Of a DNA stretch of 29,752 nucleotides, positions 22,788 to 29,752 are shown piece after piece. Origin of the DNA: Salpingoeca rosetta (lineage: Eukaryota; Protista; Choanoflagellata); NCBI GenBank assembly GCA_033442325.1, contig JAWQFM010000004.1:1071208-1100959 (forward strand), read 5' to 3'. The notes under the pieces are model-generated. The model saw only the letters and a list, made by a program, of their open reading frames with translations. It did no database searches and was not told where the DNA came from. The position numbers and the translations under genes are program-made. Numbering within the stretch: the first letter of the stretch is position 1; the number at the start of each line of letters is the position of its first letter.

Positions 22788-22798
22788 CACACACACAC
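22644..22798. repeat. (CA)n/(CAGACA)n microsatellite in kinase intron
   Basis: Compound repeat inside intron 22574-22809. Confidence 0.97.
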
Positions 22799-25700
22799 AA
22801 ACATCCAACCGGTGCATTTGGTCGAGGCTGTGGATAAAGGCCATGCCACTCGCAACATCGCGCAGCAGTCGCAGTTTCAACTCCCACACAGTCGTTGTCT
22901 TGGCCCTTCTGTCGATTCCTGTGCTCACCAACGTCAATTCCTCGCCCACGATCTCTGATGCTGTCACACCCTGCCCCACACTTTCTTCACCACCTCGCTC
23001 CCCTTGCTCCACCTCCATCAACACCTGCTCCATGTCTTTGCCCAACAGGTTCTTGAGCGACCCCATCGCCACAAACTCCAGCACCAGAAACGGGCTGCCG
23101 TTGGGATCTGTGCCCGCGCCAAAGAACCGCACCACATTCGGGTGTCGTGTCCGCTGCAGGAACTCCACCTCCTCTCAAACTCAAGCACCGTGCTCTCATC
23201 AAACGCCATCACCCCTTGTTGCAGCACTTTGACGGCCACCAGGACTGTGTCCCACTCTGCCTTGAACACCACGCCAAACGCACCCGCAGCGACACGCTTG
23301 ATCATTTTCAGCTCATCATACCCAATCTCCCACGCTTTCTTCAGCGCCATCACCTCCTCGTCCATCTCCACCAGCAATTGGTCCTTGAGCGCGTTATCTG
23401 CTTGTAAACGCCTTTGCCTCTTGTACGTGCGGTACCCGATGAACAGCAACGCTTGCAGTGCAAGCACGCCAGCGAGCGTCCCCAGCACAGCCGGCACAAT
23501 GTCGAGCTCAATTGGTTCGCACCGCCCGCGTCGCATCTCATGCCCTTGTGAGCACTGGCAATGAAAGGAGTACACAATCTCAGTGACTGAACCAACTAGC
23601 CCAGGGATCGTGTTATCGAAAAGATCAAAGTCTCCGCTCGAGAGTTGAAGCGCGCAATCGATGGGAGCGTCTTGCAGTTGCAGCACTGGCGCTCGAGGCC
23701 TGCGAGGAAAAACTCGTCCGTTGCGGCGGAGATTTGATTTGGATAGGGCGATCTCGTGTCCCACGATTCGATTGACTTCGACGGGGTCATTCAGCCACTT
23801 GTTCCCCGAGAGATCAACCACATCAAGGAGAAACAGGCATGTGGAAATGGTAGCCGGAGCAGACGCCGAGTTGAAGTTGCTCTCGGCCCTCAGGTTCCGC
23901 GCAAAGAAAACACGGCGGCCCCACCGCGTGCACAAGGCAGTGCTGGGCTGAATGCGTGTGTTGCTGATGTCCAACACATCGATGAACGGCGCGTCAATCT
24001 GAGTTAACTGCGTGCAATCGGACGCGTTCAGCTCTCTCAGCGCACTGGGGACGATGACCAGCTTGAGGTGCTCGTTGCGTTGGATCTGAACAGTTTGGAA
24101 GGTTTTGTTCGCACAAAGATGTAACCTCGTGTGCCGTGTGTTGACGAGGCGAAACACGTCCACCTTGTCTGTCAGTACATTGCATACCATTTCCAATGGC
24201 AAAGTGCGGTTGTCGGCGCCTGGCCATCCCAGCCCGAGCACTTGAAGCTGAAGTGGCAGTTGCAGCAGGTGGCCAAGCACCTCACTCACGTCCACGTGTT
24301 GCAAGCTGAGGGTGCGCAGGTGTGGAGAAGGTGTCAAGTTGGTGGCGTCCAACACTGCTCTGCTGGTTCTGTCGTCATCATGCGCTGCGTCCAGCTCGAC
24401 AGTTGTCAGACTTGGAAGAGTCAGAAGCGGTGTGAGATCGATCCTTTTGACACCGTGGTTCTGCATGCGCAGCACACGAAGAGCAGGCGCTTTCGTCATG
24501 TCTGGCATGTATTGCATGGGATTGTCGCCCAGGACGAGGGTGTGCAGGGAAGGCCAATGGGTGGGAATATGAAACCGGGTCAGCTTGTTCGCCGCCATGT
24601 CAATGCGCTCCAGGCGTGGAAACTCTGTGTCAAACAGCCCGTCAACGTGACGAAGGCGATTGTTTTCGAAAGTGACCACCCGCAAGTTGGGCGTGTGCGC
24701 GAATAGGTCAGGCGATAGCCCACTGAGACGGTTGTTATCACAGTACAGCCATTTTAAGCGGTAGCATGAATCAAGGAGCCGGTCAGGCAATGCCGTCAAT
24801 TTGTTGTCGTTTAGTCGAAGGGTGGACAGGGAGACTAAATCTCGGAACAATGCTGGCTGCAATGACGTCAAGCGGTTGTTTCGTAAGGACAGGTGGCGTA
24901 GAGAAGTAAGCCCAGCAAAGATAGAGCCTGGGAGGGACGTGAGGAGGTTCCCTTCGAGAACGACGTCATTCAATCGGCGGTTTGTCTGAAAGATGGTGGG
25001 TGGCAGGGAGGTCAGGAGGGTGCCACCCACTTTCAATGTGTGCAGCTGCGTTAGGCCAGCAAACACGTGTGCATGAAGATGTTGGATTGGGTTTGCGCCC
25101 AGCTCCAGCCATGTCAAGTGTTTCAGTGAATGAAACGCGCCAGTGGGAATGGCGCGGATGATGTTGGAGTCGAGAAAGAGCTCACGCAGGGCTGTGAGGT
25201 CCTCAAACGCGTCTGCTTGGATGCGCGGAATTTTGTTGCGGTCCAAATCAAGCTCGACCAGGGATGTCATCCGTGCAAGTTTTGGAACCGATGCAAGGGA
25301 GTTATTTCCCAAACGAAGTGCAAACAGCTGTGCCGCATGCTCGAACCCCCCTGTGTCTGCCTGCAGTAGTGTGCTGTGCTCGATTGTGATGGCATCCAGG
25401 ATGGGAAAATCGTTGAGCACGCTCAAATGAAATACTGGGAACTGCACACCAGTGATGCGCACCGTCGTGCACGAGGTCCACATGCCATTGCCCACAATCG
25501 ACTGAAGCACCTCTGATTCAACGTGCCCTTGCAAAGACAAGTGCATCACTGTCATTGACGCCGCTTGCAAAGTACTCGTGTCAGTTGTGCTGTTCACTGC
25601 TTCGTGGCCAGAAACCGTGAGGAACAGTACAGCATTGATGTCAGCTCCAAGGCTCCAGGGCACGAGCCATCAGTGATGCTTTGCAGGGTGCACCAGCCAG

Positions 25701-26178
25701 CACGCTGTTCGTCGCTATCAGCGCGTCGCACGCGTGTGCATGAGGGGTGCGGTTGTGCGCTCTTGAGGAGGGCAGTGCATGCCGTGTCTGGTTGAGATGG
25801 GCTCCCTTTGATGGGTGCTGGTTTCCCCTATTTCTCTCCTCGACACCGTTGCTGTTGCACCCAAAGGCGTTCGTCATGCGTTGGATCGATGATAGGTCAA
25901 TCATGGTGGAAGAAGTGTGTCGTGGACGCAACTGTCCAGTGGCGAACGGCACGCGATGCTCGTTGAGTGTTGTTTCCAGGTGCTTCAAAGTTGTGTCCAC
26001 GGAGGGGGACAGCGTGCGGTCCTTGGTGTTGTGAAACGGACGTGGAGAGGTGAAGAGGTGGGAATGCGAGAATGTGGAGGTGTGAGTCAGTGGCAGCTGC
26101 AAGTGCAACCATGAACAGAGTAGAAGGCACGTTGTGGCAAAGAAGCAAAACACAAGGATAACAAGAAGCAAGAAGCGA

Positions 26179-26213
<35 letters not shown>

Positions 26214-27224
26214 GCTCACTCACGGCAAGACGGCATCCTTCAAGCAGCCGTGCTGCCATGGACAGGAGTCACCGACCAGCCTGCCAACAACAACAAGAAC
26301 AACAGTGGTGGCAACAGCGAGAACAGCGCCCAGCGATGATGAGGGCAAACAGCAGCAGCAGCAGTAGCTGGGAGAGGAGAAGGAGGAGGTCGCGGCATGT
26401 CAACACCAAGGGAAGGGAAGCGAGAAAGTGGAAGAAAAGAAAAACAAAACACGAGAAAAACAAAACAATACACCAGGGAAGGAAAGGATTCCCAGTTTTG
26501 CTGGCTTTGTTTCCTTCTGCGCAAACACTTTCCTTCCTCGCTTGGAATAATTTAATTGCCCTGCGATGATTTGCTTTGCAAGAGAAGGAAACCTTGGCAC
26601 TTTTTCAAGTAGATTTGGCAAGGGTGCAGAATACAGAGAAAACAAGGTGTGGGTTTTGTTTGTTGTGCTTTGTGCTGTCGCGCACGTTGGCTTGGGCTGG
26701 TTGTGAATCAACGACGACAACAGACAGCGCTCCCACACTGCACACCGCATCAGTTCCTGCTGCTGCTGCTCCCATCATCATGGCCGTCATCACCCGCGAA
26801 GAGCCAACGACGGTGTGATTCCAAATGTGTGCTGCTTCTTTCTGCCACCTCATCGTTTACTTCCGAATGATGACAGCCACTGGCAGTGGCACACTCAAGG
26901 ATGCATGCTGACAGCAGAACAGCAGCAACCGTGAAGACAACTGCGCAGTGTCACGACACCTCTTTCCTGCACTCCGTGCACGGCCACACCTCACTTCCCT
27001 TTCCTTCATCGTTATCATCATGGACGGCAACCTTTCTTCGCGCTGCACTGGCTTGGCAGTGGATGCAACCACGTGAGAACAGTGCGCAGCATGTTTTGTT
27101 ACCCTTTCTCTTGTCACCATGCTTTCTCTCAGACATGCGTACACACTACTGAACTGTGCAGTGCAGCCATCTCACGTTCACTGTGCGTGCGCCTTCCTGC
27201 GACCATCCCATTCCTGTTTTGCAG

Positions 27225-27560
27225 CGCGAGTGCTTTCGTAATGACAACACCGTCCACAGCCAACTCAACTCAGCAGCTCTCTCGCGCTCATACACATCGT
27301 GTTCGATGCGTGCATGCGTGACGATCTTTGCTGCACGCAAACGCTGGCGCAGAGCAACATGTGACTCGCAGTTTCCAACACGCACCTTGGTGCTGACGCT
27401 GCGAGAGGAGAGCAACTGCAACGTGACCATCCCCGAGCTGAAACTGGACGATTGACGCTGTCTATGCGCCAGGCAAGAGGAGCCGTCGCCTGCGTGTGGA
27501 ACGTTGCTGGCCGCGATAGACGGCAACACAGTGCACTGTCGCTCCCCCCTCTTCACCGCG
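27225..27560 (+). pseudogene. Possible degenerate ribonuclease-inhibitor-type LRR remnant
   Basis: Across frames: FRNDNTVHSQLN, LAVSNTHLGADAA, NCNVTIPELKL, LLAAIDGNTV, loosely resembling LxxNxTLxxLxLxxNxIGxxGA. Confidence 0.25.
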
Positions 27561-27788
27561 CAGAGGCGATAGGGCGATGTTTCCCTTGCCCAGCCTTGCG
27601 CGAGGAAGCAGATAGGTGGCATAGAGGCCCAAAAACGAAAAATGCTCGAGCGTTGTGTACCACGTTGGGATGCTTTTATGCATCTGCGCGCAACAGAACC
27701 AAATGGGGCTCAAACGAAAACACCCGAAAAGGGAAAATGAGAGATGAGGAACAAGCCAGAACAGTACCACGACATGTCTCACCCTCCT

Positions 27789-27801
27789 CAACAACAACAA
27801 C

Positions 27802-27849
<48 letters not shown>

Positions 27850-27850
27850 C
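27789..27850. repeat. (AAC)n trinucleotide microsatellite
   Basis: Tandem aac run downstream of the 28057 stop. Confidence 0.97.
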
Positions 27851-28056
27851 GAGACGAGGGGACGCAAGCAAAAGCTTGCAGGAAAAGTGGAGGAGCAAAA
27901 CCTGCAAAGCGGGGCGCGACAAACACTCACACGCATGAGCGCCAGCTGTGTCCAGTGCTGAGTGTCGCTTCCCACGACCACCACCAAACAACGACAAGGA
28001 CAGCAGCTCGAACGCAGTGCTACCACGTGCTCTTGTTGTGTTCTTGAGTTCTTGAG

Positions 28057-29752
28057 TTAGGCCATGCGACTGTTGGCTCTGGCGGTGCCCTCCAGCCATT
28101 TGCGCGAAGGCGTGGAAATGCTGTTCAACAGGGGCACAACCTTGCTCTTGATAAACACTTCTGGAGGCGTGTCCACGCGGGCGTGCTTCTTGTGCTTGAA
28201 CGCCAAAATGACAGTGGCAACTAAGCCCACGGCCAGCAGCACAGGCGCAGCTACGGGCACAATTGAGGAGGCCAACGCTTCCACAGCCGACACGCCGAGC
28301 TCCGCAGCGAAGGCAACGCCATCAACCACCAACCAAAGGCCGAACGCAGAAACGTTCAGCAGATTCAGGGCGCGTTCACTCTTCGACATGTTCCCCCATG
28401 AGCCTGCGAGGTCGACGGCCAAATAGACGACAGTCGCAGCACCAAGAACCAATCCACCCACACGCACGAACTTCTTCAGCGTTGTCATCTCGGACCACCG
28501 TGCCGTGAGCGCCGACGTCTTCTCGGCCTCAGCCTCGATACCCACGGCTTCCTCGGCCAGTGATCTGCTCACCATCTCCATGCCCGCGTTGGACGTCTCC
28601 GGAACGTCCACAGCAAGCTCAGGGTTGAGGTACCGTGCTGCTTTGTCCAGCTGTCCAGCTTTCTCCTCCAATGCTGCTCCCGACGCAAACGATGCATCCA
28701 CGCTTTGCTGAGCCAGCTTGCGAGAGAAAAAGTTGGCGCCCTTTGACAGGGCCTGTGTGATCTGATCATCGAACAGCATCATCAAGCGGAAAGAAGACAC
28801 ACCCGTGTGCAAGATTGCAATCGCCCTGTCATCGGCGTTCATCTGCTTCCACTGAGAAGCGAGCGATGCCACGGAATAAACTGCAAGGCCGATGCAAGCC
28901 GTTTTGGCCACCCAATACGTGAGCTTCCCAACAACACTGCCAAACTCAGACTCAACCGCCTCAATGCGCGTCCAAAGCGGGCCCTTCACTTTGCTGAAGA
29001 GTTTCGAAGCACTGGCACTTTCAGCGGTGAGCCACTTAATCTGTTCAGACACTTGACCAGACCCCACGCGCTCAAGATCCTCCTTGAATTTTTCCAGGAG
29101 CTCTTGTGGGATGCTTCCAGGCTCACTGCCGACTTTGCCGTTGACCAAGAAGTCGGCAATCTGCTCAAGCACGTTCTGATTCAGCCGCTGCAGAAGATCA
29201 ATGTCAATGTCATCCAAGTTGTCGGACAAGGTCGTCAGCACCCGGCTCAGCACGTTCACGGCCAGGGTCTTGGCGTAGTCTTTGTCAGGTGCAAGGGACA
29301 GGAGCAGCATGCTGATTTTGTTCAGCTTGCCGTGGTCCAGCACTGTGATGGTCGTGAGACTGTTCAGGTACGCGGGCTTCGTGACGTGATCGAACAGCTT
29401 CTTTGCCCACGCTTCCTTTTCCTTGGGCTTGAGGTCCATGTATCGGTGGAACTGTGGCAGGTGCTCAACAAAGGCGAGGACGGCAAGAGACTTCTGCGCT
29501 TCGGCAAAGTAGCGGCTCTTGCCCAGAACTTTGTCCATGTGTTTTCTGCTGTCTGATGTCACATCGTCTGCGTTCTCCACGGTTTTGTTGTCAGGTTTCA
29601 TCCTCTTGCCGCTGCCGCGCCAATACCACTTGAGCCTGTCGTCTGCCACTTTTTGGCCTGGAGTGAACTTAGAGTAGGCGTCTTTGAAGTCTTTGTTGTT
29701 GACAGTGCCTTGGCCAAGGTAAGCGGCAAAGAACTCGCCACCAAGAAACTCC
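28057..29752 (-). CDS. Uncharacterised helical protein with multiple hydrophobic segments; 5'-partial (frame open to window edge)
   Basis: The 530-aa ORF continues without a stop upstream of 29649 (EFLGGEFFAAYLGQGTVNNKDFKDAYSKFTPGQKVADDRLKWYWRG...). More than 1.69 kb with no intron-like sequence. Three strongly hydrophobic Gly/Ala-rich helices near the C-terminus. Confidence 0.85.
   Translation of the reverse strand, partial: EFLGGEFFAAYLGQGTVNNKDFKDAYSKFTPGQKVADDRLKWYWRGSGKRMKPDNKTVENADDVTSDSRKHMDKVLGKSRYFAEAQKSLAVLAFVEHLPQFHRYMDLKPKEKEAWAKKLFDHVTKPAYLNSLTTITVLDHGKLNKISMLLLSLAPDKDYAKTLAVNVLSRVLTTLSDNLDDIDIDLLQRLNQNVLEQIADFLVNGKVGSEPGSIPQELLEKFKEDLERVGSGQVSEQIKWLTAESASASKLFSKVKGPLWTRIEAVESEFGSVVGKLTYWVAKTACIGLAVYSVASLASQWKQMNADDRAIAILHTGVSSFRLMMLFDDQITQALSKGANFFSRKLAQQSVDASFASGAALEEKAGQLDKAARYLNPELAVDVPETSNAGMEMVSRSLAEEAVGIEAEAEKTSALTARWSEMTTLKKFVRVGGLVLGAATVVYLAVDLAGSWGNMSKSERALNLLNVSAFGLWLVVDGVAFAAELGVSAVEALASSIVPVAAPVLLAVGLVATVILAFKHKKHARVDTPPEVFIKSKVVPLLNSISTPSRKWLEGTARANSRMA

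Larger units (their letters stand above)
21869..26398 (-). pseudogene. LRR-transmembrane receptor-like Ser/Thr (TKL-type) kinase with frame lesions (pseudogene or sequencing errors)
   Basis: ORF 23018-25663 carries many 24-aa LRRs (LxxLxLxxNxLxxLPxxxF), a Cys motif CQCSQGHEMRRGRC, a TM helix IVPAVLGTLAGVLALQALLFIGY, and AAGAFG/VAVK. A 1-nt deletion at ~23172 shifts into EVEFLQRTRHPNVVRFFG. Introns 22574-22809 and 21970-22130 (GT-AG, in phase) give HRDLKSGN, DFG, GTPLYMAPE, DIFSFG and RPSF, with the stop at 21869. A signal-peptide-like exon starts at ATG 26398, but the 5' structure is unresolved. Confidence 0.85.

Overview
Eukaryotic, intron-bearing DNA with (GT/CA)n-filled introns and a 100-N gap at 3220-3319. 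The style suggests a choanoflagellate such as Salpingoeca rosetta (inference). The window is a mosaic of intact intronless genes and decayed multi-exon genes. Intact: two paralogous secreted proteins (signal peptide, coiled-coil stalk, seven ~46-aa beta-propeller repeats; 796-2118 and 13271-14548, minus strand), and a hydrophobic, toxin-translocase-like ORF running off the right end (28057->29752, minus). Decayed, plus strand: pyruvate carboxylase biotin-carboxylase exons (2722-3822); a large gene with PARP14-like domain order (RRM-like, KH-like, macro, WWE, ART; ~4000-12379) carrying two internal tandem duplications; a Cu+-type P1B ATPase (~15700-19382); and an unidentified WD40-like remnant. 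A nearly intact LRR-TM-Ser/Thr (TKL-type) receptor kinase with a few frame lesions lies at 21869-~26398 (minus). All protein identifications come from motif recognition by eye, not database searches.
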